A stretch of DNA of 64,000 nucleotides, taken from the NCBI GenBank assembly GCA_963730605.1, contig CAVSSM010000002.1, positions 224,001 to 288,000 of the forward strand, written 5' to 3'. Positions 10,735 through 20,853 of the stretch are shown in pieces. This DNA comes from an uncultured Chlamydiae bacterium. GTDB lineage: Bacteria > Chlamydiota > Chlamydiia > Chlamydiales > SM23-39. Both the position numbers and the translations under genes were made by a program. The notes below the pieces were generated by a model. That model was not told the DNA's origin. It saw nothing but the letters and a program-made list of their open reading frames with translations, and searched no databases. Positions within the stretch are counted from its first letter, which is position 1. Each line of letters begins with the position of its first letter.

Positions 10735-11403
10735 ATGCGAATCAAATCGGTTTTCCTTTTTGCCCTATTCTTCTTATTGTCGGTTTATGGGGAGGTTGTT
10801 GTGAAGGAATTGAGCGGCAAGCCGAGGATCTACCTGTTGCCGAATTTCCTGACGGATGCAGAATGCGATCACTTGATTGAACTTTCCAGAAGGTTCCTGA
10901 CCCAGTCGACCGTGGTCGACGAGGAGAGTCCCGGCGTTGGGAAATTGGACTCGAGGCGATCGAGCAAGGGATATTTTTTGACGGCGGAAGATAGAGACCG
11001 GAAGGTGAGAAAGATCGAGCAGCGGATCGCTGATGTGACGGAGCTGCCGGTGGAAAATGGAGAAGCGCTCCACGTCCTCCATTATCCGAAAGGGGCCGAA
11101 TACCAGCCACATTTTGACTGGTTTAACCCGGACACCCCAGGCGGGGCCGCTGCCATGAACAACCGGGGCGGGCAACGGGCAGCGAGCGTGATCATGTATC
11201 TCAATACACCGCTCGCGGGGGGAGAGACGGTCTTTCCATCGGCGATGGCCTCGGTCACGCCGAAAAAAGGGGACGCAGTCCTTTTCTATAATATCTTACC
11301 GAGCGGGGATGTCGACCCTTTGACCCTTCACGGCGGAGCTCCTGTCCTCGAAGGGGAAAAGTGGATCGCGACCAAGTGGATCCGCATCGGCGTGTTCCGT
11401 TAG
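10735..11403 (+). CDS. Prolyl 4-hydroxylase-like 2OG-Fe(II) oxygenase
   Basis: HFD, GGQR, GGETVFP, LHGGAPV..GEKWIATKW; signal-like N-terminus. Confidence 0.92.
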   Translation: MRIKSVFLFALFFLLSVYGEVVVKELSGKPRIYLLPNFLTDAECDHLIELSRRFLTQSTVVDEESPGVGKLDSRRSSKGYFLTAEDRDRKVRKIEQRIADVTELPVENGEALHVLHYPKGAEYQPHFDWFNPDTPGGAAAMNNRGGQRAASVIMYLNTPLAGGETVFPSAMASVTPKKGDAVLFYNILPSGDVDPLTLHGGAPVLEGEKWIATKWIRIGVFR

Positions 11404-11405
11404 AT

Positions 11406-12045
11406 AGAACTGACGCATTAAAAAAATCAAAGAAGAATAGACGGTCGGGTTGCTTCCGTGCGCAGATCGCCGCCTGCTACGCGGCGGCCTTGTTCCGATT
11501 GTAGTATTTATTAAAATTTTAATAAACATACGCTCTATAATCAAAAAATCAGAGCCTTTATTTCATCATAAAATAAACTGAATGTTCTTATTCCACAGCA
11601 TTTCGTAATCGATATTTAAAAAACGCTGCTGCGTAGCAGGCGGCGATCTGCGCACGGAAGGGGCCCGCGAAGCGGGAACACGTGTGCAGCCGATGGCGGG
11701 TTCGGACAAAGAGCAATCCGCGCCGCAAAAGCGAGGAGGCGCACTCTGTGCGACGCACGAGCAAGGCGCGCCCCTAGGGGTCCCCGACGATGCATCATCG
11801 TTGGGGAATGGGGGTAGGGAGCGCTTCTGCCGCCGCGAGCAAGGGGTCCCAAAAAACGCATCGTTTTTGGGGTTCGCGTGGCAGGCGGCTATGCTATACC
11901 CGCGCGATCGGTGCTCGAAGTCCCAATCCCGCCACCTGGGCGTGCGGGGGCGGAGCGGAAAGGGGCCCCAAATCGTTTCGTTTGGGGAAAGTCCGCGAAG
12001 CAACTCGACCGTCTCTGGTTCTTTACCATTTTAATGCGTCAGATC
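11406..12045. mobile_element. Large composite MITE-like element
   Basis: Imperfect ~50-bp TIR (ctgacgcattaaaa..agacggtcgggttgctt / aagcaactcgaccgtct..ttttaatgcgtcag), inner IR ~11453-11489 vs ~11625-11661, and the cccaaaaacgcatcgtttttggg module. Confidence 0.7.
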
Positions 12046-12117
12046 TGTTCCGTTAGATAGAACATCTTCTTGGGAATCGGCGAGATCTGATATGATAGCT
12101 CGCTCAAAGGAGCTTCC

Positions 12118-13272
12118 TTGAAACATAAGTCGATCGTCTTATCAACCGGCATGGCCATGTTCTCCATGTTCTTCGGCTCGGGGAACCTCGTATTCCCCCT
12201 AGTCATAGGACAGTTAAGCCAAGGACACTATCTGGTTGCGGCCGCCGGCATTATTTTGACGGGCGTCCTCGTCCCCTTCCTCGGCATCCTAGCTATGCTT
12301 CTTTTCGACGGGAATCAAAAAGAATTCTTTTTGCGTCTTGGAAAACCAGCCACATTCTGGTTTCCCCTCCTCGCCATCTCGATCATGGGCCCCTTCGGAG
12401 TCTTGGCCCGCTGCCTCACGGTCGCGCACGGCGCCTTCCGCCTGATTCTCCCCGAGATCCCTCTTGCGGCTTTCAGCCTCGTGGCTTGCGGGGTGATTTT
12501 CCTCTTAAGCATTAGAAAAAGCAGGATCGTGCAGATTCTCGGCTCTATCCTCACCCCGCTTTTGATCCTAAGTCTTGCCGCGGTGGTCTGTTTTGCGATG
12601 GCTCGAGTAGACTTTCCCGTTGTTGCAGGGAGGGCGGGATCGGCCTGGACGAGCTTCAAAGAGGGAATCTTCCAGGGATACCAGACGATGGATCTCCTGG
12701 CCGCCTTTTTCTTCTCGGCTTTCATCATCAAGCATCTTAAAAGCCAGAATGCGATGCAGGAAACTCCCGCAAGGCCCCTTTCCGTCTTTTTGAAATCTTC
12801 CCTGATCGGCGCAAGCCTCCTTGCAGCCGTCTACTGCTTCCTCGTTTTGATCGGGGCCATGTACGCTCATGAACTAGGTTCGGTCCCTCCCCAAGAGATA
12901 CTCGGTTTCATCGCTCAAAAATCCCTGGGGCCCTTAGGGGCTCCCATCGTCTGCGCCACCATTATCCTCGCTTGCATAACGACGGCTGTCGTTCTGACCG
13001 TTCTTTTCGCTGACTTCCTTCGCATCGAAATCTCCAAGGAGCGGATTTCTCCCGCCCTTGCCCTTGGAGCGACTCTCGCAATCGCCTTTTTGATCTCAAC
13101 TCTCGAATTTTCAGGCATTGCCAAGATCATTGGGCCGATCCTCGAAATCTGCTATCCTGCATTGATTGTCATGGTTGTGTTGAGCATTTTTCAAAAGCTC
13201 TGGGGATGGAAATCGGTCCGTGGGCCGACCGCTGTCGCCTTCCTCATTAAACTCATTTCGCTCGGAATTTAA
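12118..13272 (+). CDS. brnQ: BrnQ branched-chain amino acid transporter
   Basis: FSMFFGSGNLVFP, GYQTMDLLAAFFF, LACITTA motifs. Confidence 0.92.
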   Translation: MKHKSIVLSTGMAMFSMFFGSGNLVFPLVIGQLSQGHYLVAAAGIILTGVLVPFLGILAMLLFDGNQKEFFLRLGKPATFWFPLLAISIMGPFGVLARCLTVAHGAFRLILPEIPLAAFSLVACGVIFLLSIRKSRIVQILGSILTPLLILSLAAVVCFAMARVDFPVVAGRAGSAWTSFKEGIFQGYQTMDLLAAFFFSAFIIKHLKSQNAMQETPARPLSVFLKSSLIGASLLAAVYCFLVLIGAMYAHELGSVPPQEILGFIAQKSLGPLGAPIVCATIILACITTAVVLTVLFADFLRIEISKERISPALALGATLAIAFLISTLEFSGIAKIIGPILEICYPALIVMVVLSIFQKLWGWKSVRGPTAVAFLIKLISLGI

Positions 13273-13287
13273 AAGGCGGGTTAGTAA

Positions 13288-13686
13288 ATGCTTTGCCCTT
13301 GCTCTACCGGTCTCGATTATGACAAGTGTTGCGAGCCTTATCACATGGAATGGACTATGCCTCCCACGGCGCTCGCCTTGATGCGCTCCCGCTACTCAGC
13401 CTACGCTCTCGGCCTCGTCGATTATATTATCCAGACGACGCATCCGGAAAATACACGAAAAAAACCGGTGGACGAGATCCGCCGGTTCTCCCAGGAGACC
13501 CAATTCGTCAAGCTCGAGATCGAGGGCTATGGTGAGGATTGGGTGGCCTTCACCGCTCATCTGGTGCAAGGAGGGCATCCCGTCCTCCTGAAGGAGAAGA
13601 GCCGATTCGCCAAACTCAATGGCAAATGGCTCTACCTATCAGGCGTCGCCTTAACGGAAGCAAAATCCCGCGACGCCAAGGACTAA
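13288..13686 (+). CDS. ychJ: YchJ family SEC-C protein
   Basis: CPCSTG...CC.PYH, LMRSRYSAY, EKSRF..W.Y..G. Confidence 0.92.
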   Translation: MLCPCSTGLDYDKCCEPYHMEWTMPPTALALMRSRYSAYALGLVDYIIQTTHPENTRKKPVDEIRRFSQETQFVKLEIEGYGEDWVAFTAHLVQGGHPVLLKEKSRFAKLNGKWLYLSGVALTEAKSRDAKD

Positions 13687-14844
13687 AGCGACAAAGACGG
13701 GCGCTCTGAGGGGCTTTACCTGGTAGAATGCGTAGGCGATATTCAAAAGGCAGAGGACGATCAGCCCGGGATAGAGGATTTCGAGGATAGGTCCCATGAT
13801 GCGGAGGATCCCCGAAAAGCCGAGGTTCGTGACCGCTGCCGTAACACCTAACGTCATGGCAAGTGAAGCTGTTGGAGAAATTCGGCCTCTGAAGAGATCT
13901 TGCCTCAAATAGTTCGAGAACACGGCCGCAAGAGAGATCGCCGTCGTCAAGCAGGCAAGAAACACCGTGGCCGCTGCGATGATGCCTCCCCATGGACCTA
14001 AGATCTTGATCGAGATGGCTTGCAAAAGATCTTCGGGTTGGACGTGCGGTAACTTCGCGCTGTGATGCGCTGAGAGCCAAGTGAGGCCAATGTAAGAGAT
14101 CGCCAAAAGTCCTGCGGCAACCAAGCTCGCCCCTGTCATTTTGCGCCGAACGAGCTGTTCTGTCGATGCATCAGCGCCCATCCCCGCAGCCAGGTGAGGC
14201 ACCACCATGGTGGCAAAAAGAAGCGCGGAAATTAGGTCCATCGTCATATATCCTCCCCGCAGGCCTTGCATGAAATGGAAAGCGGCCCCGTCTGGAACTT
14301 GCGGGGCAGGGGGTGCGACGACGATGCCAACGACCACTAAAACCCCAAGCGAGAGGAGAAATATCGGCGTCAGAACAACGCCCAAGAGGGCGACGAGCCT
14401 CTGGGGACGATAGACAAGGATGAACGAGAGCGCCGCGATGAAGACGCTCGCTACCGGAAGGGTAGCCCAAGAAAAATATCCTTTGATACTCGCGTGCATC
14501 AGGGTAAAAAGCCGGGACATGCAAAGAGGGCCTTGGGCGATCTGGAGCACGAGCAAAAGACAAAAGGCGGGGCCTTTGCCGAGACGCTCCAAAAACCGAT
14601 GGAGGCTTCCTTGGTAAAACATCATTGAAATCAAACCGAGAAGAGGAAATGCGACTGCGGAAATAGTGAATCCGAAGAGGGCGGCTGGGGTTTGAGATCC
14701 GGCCGATTTGCCGACTAGGAGAGGGAAAATCAGATTTCCTGCGCCAAAGAACATGCAGTAAAGAGCCATGCCTGTAAAAAAGATGCCGGCGCGCTCCTTG
14801 AGTTTCTTTCGGGGTTTCTCATGAATTGTTGCGGTTGTTGCCAT
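13651..14844 (-). CDS. brnQ: BrnQ family transporter, second paralogue
   Basis: MFFGAGNLIFP, GYMTMDL, LACLTTA motifs. Confidence 0.9.
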   Translation of the reverse strand: MATTATIHEKPRKKLKERAGIFFTGMALYCMFFGAGNLIFPLLVGKSAGSQTPAALFGFTISAVAFPLLGLISMMFYQGSLHRFLERLGKGPAFCLLLVLQIAQGPLCMSRLFTLMHASIKGYFSWATLPVASVFIAALSFILVYRPQRLVALLGVVLTPIFLLSLGVLVVVGIVVAPPAPQVPDGAAFHFMQGLRGGYMTMDLISALLFATMVVPHLAAGMGADASTEQLVRRKMTGASLVAAGLLAISYIGLTWLSAHHSAKLPHVQPEDLLQAISIKILGPWGGIIAAATVFLACLTTAISLAAVFSNYLRQDLFRGRISPTASLAMTLGVTAAVTNLGFSGILRIMGPILEILYPGLIVLCLLNIAYAFYQVKPLRAPVFVALVLGVAGFCFR

Positions 14845-14931
14845 AAAGTCTCCTTAAGCAGTTCTCCCGCCGGAGCTTCTTTGGTCTTACTTGGGTTTTT
14901 GGGATCTTGAGAAGGTCAGGCGAGAAGGGGG

Positions 14932-15039
14932 TTAGGTTGAGCCAGCGGTGCAACCCGTGGACACGCCCATCCCCGTTGTGGAGTTACCCACGCCGGCTCT
15001 GAAACTGGAGGTGGAATTGGCGTTCCCGTTATGCATCAT
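14932..15039 (-). CDS. Candidate leader peptide (35 aa, Ser/Thr/Gly-rich)
   Basis: MMHNGNANSTSSFRAGVGNSTTGMGVSTGCTAGST* lying in the 5' leader of brnQ2. Confidence 0.35.
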   Translation of the reverse strand: MMHNGNANSTSSFRAGVGNSTTGMGVSTGCTAGST

Positions 15040-15068
15040 CAACTCAAGGCCATTGCCTGATGGTAGCC

Positions 15069-15097
15069 ATTCTAACACACACACCCCATATCGTCAA
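15069..15097 (-). promoter_or_regulatory. Sigma70/sigma66-type promoter for the brnQ2 leader
   Basis: TTGACG-N17-TAGAAT on the minus strand. Confidence 0.65.
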
Positions 15098-15105
15098 ACC
15101 CCCCG

Positions 15106-16122
15106 TTAGCCTTTTCGTTTTTTGAGGGTGTCCTGAAAAAATTCGATGGCAAATGCAGCAACTTCGCGATGGAGCTCTTCGCGGTCGCAGCAAGGGGGAT
15201 CGCTTTGCAGCGGTTTATTGAGGATGACTTTTCCGGTGTCGGTAACCCGGTTTAGAAGAGCATAATGGGAAATTTCTGCCCTGAGCATTTTTAGTTTTTT
15301 TGGGACCAAGTAGTGGATGATCTGAAAGGCGTGATCTTTAAAGGGAAGCACCTCGTCGCCAATGGCAGCGACAAGCCCGATCGGGGTTGTGATTTGTTTC
15401 AGCGAATCGGGAGTGTAAACGAAAACCGCGGGGCAAAGAAGAAGCATCGCCTTGATGCGGGGATCTTTGTACGACCTTGCGGCAGGAGACAAATCAAAGC
15501 GGTCGATCAGCTTCTCAGGCAGGGCGCTCCGGGTTAATTTCAGGGCAGCTTGCTTCACTCTGGCATTCTGGGCTTGTCCGCCGGCTAAAGCAAGGCCTGT
15601 CATCCCTCCCATCGAATATCCGATAAATCCGATCCGGTTGAAGTCGATGTCGGCTTGAAAGAGGTTGTCTTTTTTCAACTGGTTGAGAAGAAATGTAAAA
15701 TCAAGAGGCCGGTTCCAAAAACGGAGGCTCTCCAAGATATCGGAATGAAATCGCATGTCCCCGTAATGATCGACCGCCGCGACCAGGTAGCCCGCCTGGA
15801 CCAAACTTGCCGCAAGCCAGCTCGTTTCGCGCCGTCCTCCACAATGGCCATGGGATACGAGGATGAGAGGATATTTTGCCTTCGCTTTCAAGAGAGGCGC
15901 GTTGCGTACTTCCTTGGGATGCACCCAAATATGATCAGCCGATTCATCGATGGGCTTCAGGGCCGCGGTAGGATACCAAAGCTCGACGACGACAGGACGG
16001 TTGCGGGACGTGTCTAAATAGTCGATCGTCCGGACGCCGAGCGATTTCTCTGGATGCGAACGGTGCATCGCAAGAAGAGGCTGGCAAAATGCGAGGACAA
16101 GGAAAAGAAAAATCCTGACCAT
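15106..16122 (-). CDS. Alpha/beta hydrolase (dienelactone hydrolase/PAF-AH-like)
   Basis: YPLILVSHG, GYSMGG nucleophile elbow; signal peptide. Confidence 0.85.
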   Translation of the reverse strand: MVRIFLFLVLAFCQPLLAMHRSHPEKSLGVRTIDYLDTSRNRPVVVELWYPTAALKPIDESADHIWVHPKEVRNAPLLKAKAKYPLILVSHGHCGGRRETSWLAASLVQAGYLVAAVDHYGDMRFHSDILESLRFWNRPLDFTFLLNQLKKDNLFQADIDFNRIGFIGYSMGGMTGLALAGGQAQNARVKQAALKLTRSALPEKLIDRFDLSPAARSYKDPRIKAMLLLCPAVFVYTPDSLKQITTPIGLVAAIGDEVLPFKDHAFQIIHYLVPKKLKMLRAEISHYALLNRVTDTGKVILNKPLQSDPPCCDREELHREVAAFAIEFFQDTLKKRKG

Positions 16123-16136
16123 AAATGGAGTTTAAT

Positions 16137-16838
16137 TTATCGGGAGATTGGCAACAAGGCTACGACGCGTGAAAAGGCTTCCGTGGCGTCCCTCAGCTTG
16201 GGAGGCAGACAAAGGGCATAGGCGCCAGATTCTGGGATGAGGTCGAGGTGGGCAAGGTTTTCGAGGATGTATTTCCCCGCTCCCAAAATGCATTGGTGAA
16301 CTGGGAATGCATCGGTGTTCGAACCATCGGGCGATAAGGTGTCGATCCCAATGCCGGCGACTTTTTTGCGAAGGAGGAGTTTGGCTGCGTCTTCGGAAAA
16401 TCCCGGAAAATGCATTTTGCCTGCAACGTCAGGATTGCGGAAGCGTTGCGGCTCGGTCCAAAACTGCTCCCATCCAGTGCGAGCGATCACGAGAGCGTTT
16501 TGCGGGATGGAACCGCACCGCTTTTCATACTCTTCGATATCTTGAGGAAGAACAAAGAGATCGGGATCCATTCTGCTCCTCAGGTCGAGAACGCAGGCCG
16601 GAGTGAACAAGTTCTCGATCTCCAGATCTCCAATGTTTTTGCCGCCAGGGACAAAATGGCTCGGCGCGTCCATGTGGGTCCCCACGCCAGCATGGCTCTT
16701 GATATTTTGGACGCGAAGACCCTTTTCATAGTCCAATTTAACTTCGAGGCGAAATCCGCATCCTCCCGACCACGTAGGCGCCCCTTCATGCAAGGAATGA
16801 GTCAAGTCGACAAGGCGAAAATTTTTTAAAACATCCAT
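16137..16838 (-). CDS. Cyclase / kynurenine formamidase family
   Basis: GTHMDAPSHF, GIDTLSPD, ILENL. Confidence 0.92.
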   Translation of the reverse strand: MDVLKNFRLVDLTHSLHEGAPTWSGGCGFRLEVKLDYEKGLRVQNIKSHAGVGTHMDAPSHFVPGGKNIGDLEIENLFTPACVLDLRSRMDPDLFVLPQDIEEYEKRCGSIPQNALVIARTGWEQFWTEPQRFRNPDVAGKMHFPGFSEDAAKLLLRKKVAGIGIDTLSPDGSNTDAFPVHQCILGAGKYILENLAHLDLIPESGAYALCLPPKLRDATEAFSRVVALLPISR

Positions 16839-17698
16839 GAGCTGAAAAAGCGGACCGTTTTTTCCCAGGCGTCGGTTTTTGCCCGCTCATTATCGCGCGG
16901 ATTGCCGCCGAAGGCAAACCAAATTTTCGCGATCGGGTGCAACTCGGCGACGCCCTCCGTTGACGAGATGCCGTGGCCTGCCCTTGGATAGCTCAAATGA
17001 ACGCAGGAGATCGATGAACCCTTGGCTTGCAGCCTCTCTTGAATCAGCTCTGCGAAGAGAGTCGATGGCCACATTTGGTCATCTTCGGCCGAGATGAGGA
17101 GCAGCGGGCAATCGATTTTTTCCACAGGGATCTGCGATGCGGCGAAAGCGGCTTTGTCTTTCATCCCTTCGAGAAAAAAAGGAGTCAAGGCTAAAGCCGA
17201 CTCGGGAGTTTGGCCGAGGAGAGCACCGCTCGGAACCCCCGGAAAAGGAGCGCTAGGTCCAAGCGGCCGGCCCCGGTAGACCCAAGCCGGAGCGGGGCTT
17301 TGGATCGATCCGTAGATCGCGCTCGTCGGAACGGTCGCAGCGATCGCGGAGAACTTGGCAGGAAAAGTCGATCCAAGGAGAAGGGAAAGCTCTGCGCCGC
17401 GGGATACTCCCCATAAAGCGATCCGCCTCGGATCGATAGAGGGATGACGCATCGCCCAGTCGATCGCCTTGTCGAAATATTCGAGAGGGATTTCTTGCAG
17501 TGATGGAGGAAGTCCAGGGGTTCCGAAATAAGCGAGGCTGAGCGCCGCAAAGCCAGAGGAAGAGAGCTTTTCGGCTCTCGACTCATTGATCCCTCCCCGA
17601 AACCCTCCCAAAGTGATGATGAATGGATGGGGACCTTGTTTTTCGGGGAGATACAACGCGCCGACAAGGCCGAAATCTTGTACAGGTATCCGGTGCAT
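16826..17698 (-). CDS. Acyl-CoA thioesterase / BAAT C-terminal domain protein
   Basis: LAYF, PLEYF, GVSRGAEL, IPVEKI, DDQMWPS, YPRAGH. Confidence 0.88.
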   Translation of the reverse strand: MHRIPVQDFGLVGALYLPEKQGPHPFIITLGGFRGGINESRAEKLSSSGFAALSLAYFGTPGLPPSLQEIPLEYFDKAIDWAMRHPSIDPRRIALWGVSRGAELSLLLGSTFPAKFSAIAATVPTSAIYGSIQSPAPAWVYRGRPLGPSAPFPGVPSGALLGQTPESALALTPFFLEGMKDKAAFAASQIPVEKIDCPLLLISAEDDQMWPSTLFAELIQERLQAKGSSISCVHLSYPRAGHGISSTEGVAELHPIAKIWFAFGGNPRDNERAKTDAWEKTVRFFSSWMF

Positions 17699-17763
17699 TT
17701 ATAAGATTATCGAAAAAATTACGACACTCGTCAAGAATCAGTCTTTGGTTTATGGGAAGGGGT

Positions 17764-18657
17764 ATGGCCAGTCGAGAATACGAAACTTTTTACGGGGATG
17801 CCTTTTCCAAAAGGACAACCTCCCTCACTCCTTTGGAAGAAACGAGGGAAAACTTTGCAGCGTACTTGTTGGAATTCCCACCTGAGCCCGAGGTGCGCTT
17901 CGAGCCTTTTTCCATCGGCGAGCTTCCTGGAGCTTGGGCTTTTGCCCCCGAGGTGAACCGCCGCAGGATTCTTCTATTTTTTATGGCAGGTGGTTTTACC
18001 GCGGGATCGATCGAGTCGCATAAAAACCTAATCGGAAGGCTCTCCGCCGTAGCTGGCGCCGCCGTCTGCGCTATCCAGTATAGGCTGGCTCCCGAACATC
18101 CCTACCCCGCAGCTCTCGACGACGCCTTGACCGCATACCGGTGGCTTCTGCATCATCCGTATGCCCGCTCGAAAATCCTCTTCAGCGGCATTTCGGCAGG
18201 CGGCGGGCTGTCCCTATCGCTCCTCCTCCGACTCAAACTCGAAAAGATCGCGATGCCGGCGGGCGCCCTTGTCTTTTGCCCTTGGTTCGATCTCAAATTA
18301 AGCGGCGAAAGTTATAGGTCAAATAAAGAAAGAGACCTTCTTTCAACAGAAAGACTTTCTTGGTGCGCTGAAAAATACGCTGCTGGCAAAGATCTTGCAG
18401 ACCCGCTTCTTTCTCCCATTTATGGAGATCTTAGCGGACTGCCTCCCCTCTTCATCCAGGCGGGAACTAGAGATCTTCTTTACAGCGACGCTACAGAGCT
18501 CGTAAAAAAGGCTGAAAAGCAGGGAGTCTCGGTCACTCTCGACGTATGGCCGGATATGATCCACGCCTGGCAGATTTGCGCTCCACGATTTCCAGAGGCG
18601 CAAGAGGCGCTCGAGCGGGCCGGAGAGTTCGTGGACAAACTGTTCAAACTTCTTTAA
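17764..18657 (+). CDS. Alpha/beta hydrolase (Aes/HSL-like esterase)
   Basis: YRLAPEHPYPAALDD, GISAGG, MIHAW; HGGG motif appears as MAGG. Confidence 0.88.
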   Translation: MASREYETFYGDAFSKRTTSLTPLEETRENFAAYLLEFPPEPEVRFEPFSIGELPGAWAFAPEVNRRRILLFFMAGGFTAGSIESHKNLIGRLSAVAGAAVCAIQYRLAPEHPYPAALDDALTAYRWLLHHPYARSKILFSGISAGGGLSLSLLLRLKLEKIAMPAGALVFCPWFDLKLSGESYRSNKERDLLSTERLSWCAEKYAAGKDLADPLLSPIYGDLSGLPPLFIQAGTRDLLYSDATELVKKAEKQGVSVTLDVWPDMIHAWQICAPRFPEAQEALERAGEFVDKLFKLL

Positions 18658-19808
18658 AGGTAAATCCGCGGAAGCCGCTCGTTGAGCGATGCGAGCATTT
18701 CGTGGGGGATTGAATCGGCGTAGCGCGAGAGCTCAGAGAGAGTGATCTCATCTCCCCCCTGTTTGCCGATGAGCACCACAACATCTCCCACATAAGCTTC
18801 CCCTTTGCCGATATCGACCATGAATTGGTCCATGCAGATCGTTCCCGCGATGGGAAAACGCTCGCCCCGAATGAGCGCCGCGGCCTTTCTAAAAAGGCAC
18901 CTTCGGTACCCATCCCCATACCCCACGGGCACTGTCGCGATCCGCGTCTCTTCTTGCGTCCGATACGCATGGCCATAGCCGATTCCCGCCCCTTTTTGAA
19001 CGACTTTGAAATAGGAGACTTTTGCTTTCAGGCTCAAGGCTGGGGCGATCTCGCCTGCCGGATCAGTGTTGCCGTCGGGATAATAGCCATAGGCAAGAAG
19101 GCCGGGCCTTACCATATCGAAATAGGAATCCGGATAGTAGGCCACTCCTCCCGAGTTGGCCAGATGGCAAAGAGGGACGCGCCCTTTGACCTCGGCTGCA
19201 ATGGAACGAAACACCTCGATTTGATAGAAGGCAAAAGGATCGTTCGGGACGTCGGATGTGGCCAAATGGGAATAGATCCCTAGGATATCGAAACATCCCA
19301 GCCGTTCGACAAAAGAGAGAAGCGAGAGGGCATTTTCCGCCCGCACCCCGGTGCGCCGCATCCCTGTGTCGATTTCGATATGGACCTTGCATTTTCGGCA
19401 ATCCTTTCCCCTTTTTTTCGCTACCAGTTCCGCCTTGTACTTGGAGCTGATCGAAAACTCGAGATCGAATTCGATCAAATCCCCGATCTGGTCCTCATGA
19501 ATGGCGCCGAAAATCACGATCGGAATGGAAATTCCGGCTAGCCTGAGCTCTACGGCTTCTTTCAAACAAGAGACCCCGAGCGAATCGACTCCGGACTCCT
19601 CGGCGATTTTTCCCATCCGGCAAAGCCCATGTCCATAGGCGTTGGCCTTCACCGGAAGGCAAAAACGGCTCTTTCCAACGATCTTACGAACGCGCGCGAG
19701 GTTTTTCCTAAATTGCCCCGTATCGATCTCGATCCAGGCCGGATGGGCGCATACAGGCCGTAAATGTGTGACGACCCGGTTGCCCTCGATCATTTTCTGC
19801 AACGTCAT
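18654..19808 (-). CDS. alr: Alanine racemase
   Basis: VKANAYGHG, DTGMRRTG, VRPG, GYGDG, ICMDQ. Confidence 0.95.
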   Translation of the reverse strand: MTLQKMIEGNRVVTHLRPVCAHPAWIEIDTGQFRKNLARVRKIVGKSRFCLPVKANAYGHGLCRMGKIAEESGVDSLGVSCLKEAVELRLAGISIPIVIFGAIHEDQIGDLIEFDLEFSISSKYKAELVAKKRGKDCRKCKVHIEIDTGMRRTGVRAENALSLLSFVERLGCFDILGIYSHLATSDVPNDPFAFYQIEVFRSIAAEVKGRVPLCHLANSGGVAYYPDSYFDMVRPGLLAYGYYPDGNTDPAGEIAPALSLKAKVSYFKVVQKGAGIGYGHAYRTQEETRIATVPVGYGDGYRRCLFRKAAALIRGERFPIAGTICMDQFMVDIGKGEAYVGDVVVLIGKQGGDEITLSELSRYADSIPHEMLASLNERLPRIYL

Positions 19809-19947
19809 GATCTCAGCATAGACTATACCTCGCGCAGGAAGGTTTTGTGAATTTTGACTCTGCGAGCTAAAGCATAATCGATTCGCATTTTGAGCATACT
19901 GCTATTTTTGAAAAAATTGAACAGTCTGATATCATGCCCCAATCCAT

Positions 19948-20427
19948 ATGGAAGAGCTAATTGGCATCCTCGAAGAAACCCCATGGTGGGTTTTTGTGGT
20001 CTTCTTCTATTTGGTTGTGATTGGCGTAAAGGCGCTGCAACCAAGTACAGTATCTATCTATAGACTCATTATCCTACCCGTTATCCTAACGGTCTGGGGG
20101 CTCGTAGGCATCAAATGGAGCCTCTCTCCCCTCCTCGCATGGGGTGTTTCTGTTGCCCTGGGAATCGGCCTCGGCTGGCTTTTTGTCCGCAAATGGAAAA
20201 TCCGTTACGACCGGAGGCGCGCCACTCTCCATCTTCCGGGCACCTGGTCAACCCTTGTCTTTGCGCTGACGTTCTTCGGCATCAAATACTTCTTCGGGTT
20301 CTACAACGCGACCCATACTGAGATCCCCTTCGAGTTAATGGTCGCAGAAAGCGCTGCCGCTGGCGTCATCGCGGGAATGTTCCTCGGGCGTCTTGCCTTC
20401 TTCTGGAAAAGGTACGAGGAAGTGTGA
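19948..20427 (+). CDS. Membrane protein (DUF6622/CcdC-like)
   Basis: TPWWV, LPGTWSTL, multiple TM segments. Confidence 0.65.
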   Translation: MEELIGILEETPWWVFVVFFYLVVIGVKALQPSTVSIYRLIILPVILTVWGLVGIKWSLSPLLAWGVSVALGIGLGWLFVRKWKIRYDRRRATLHLPGTWSTLVFALTFFGIKYFFGFYNATHTEIPFELMVAESAAAGVIAGMFLGRLAFFWKRYEEV

Positions 20428-20437
20428 AACTAAATCA

Positions 20438-20731
20438 TCAAGTAGAGAATAAATCTTCGTAGAGTCTTTTCGCGAAAAGCTGCACCTTTTGACTCAATAC
20501 GGCTGCATTTTGGTTCTGGTCGAAAAGACGGAGATCCTTTTCTTTGAGCCGCACGCGATTCATGGCATTTGCGGCGATCCATTTATGGATTTTGTCGATC
20601 GTGTCGGCCAAAGCGGATTCCGTGATCAGCAGATCTTGGTCTTCCCATTGCTTTCTTAGCTTTTCTCTCGCGCGCTTCGTCTTGATGCTCTCCGGAGCGA
20701 TGCGGCTCCGCTTCTCCTGTTTGCTTTGCAT
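20438..20731 (-). CDS. Hypothetical protein
   Basis: ORF with GGAGG RBS before MQSKQEK. Confidence 0.6.
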   Translation of the reverse strand: MQSKQEKRSRIAPESIKTKRAREKLRKQWEDQDLLITESALADTIDKIHKWIAANAMNRVRLKEKDLRLFDQNQNAAVLSQKVQLFAKRLYEDLFST

Positions 20732-20853
20732 GCGACCTCCAGTCACCGATCTCATCCTAGTAAAAAATCCTTTAAAGATCCAGTGGAAAGAAGGTTCATT
20801 TAAATCTGGAATTTAATACCCGCACTCTTTAGAATTATCGGCTAACTCTCTCC

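Noticed and set aside
14940..14965. Canonical T-box
   Set aside because: The UGGN bulge reads UUGC, and no convincing Stem I or U-tract terminator was found.
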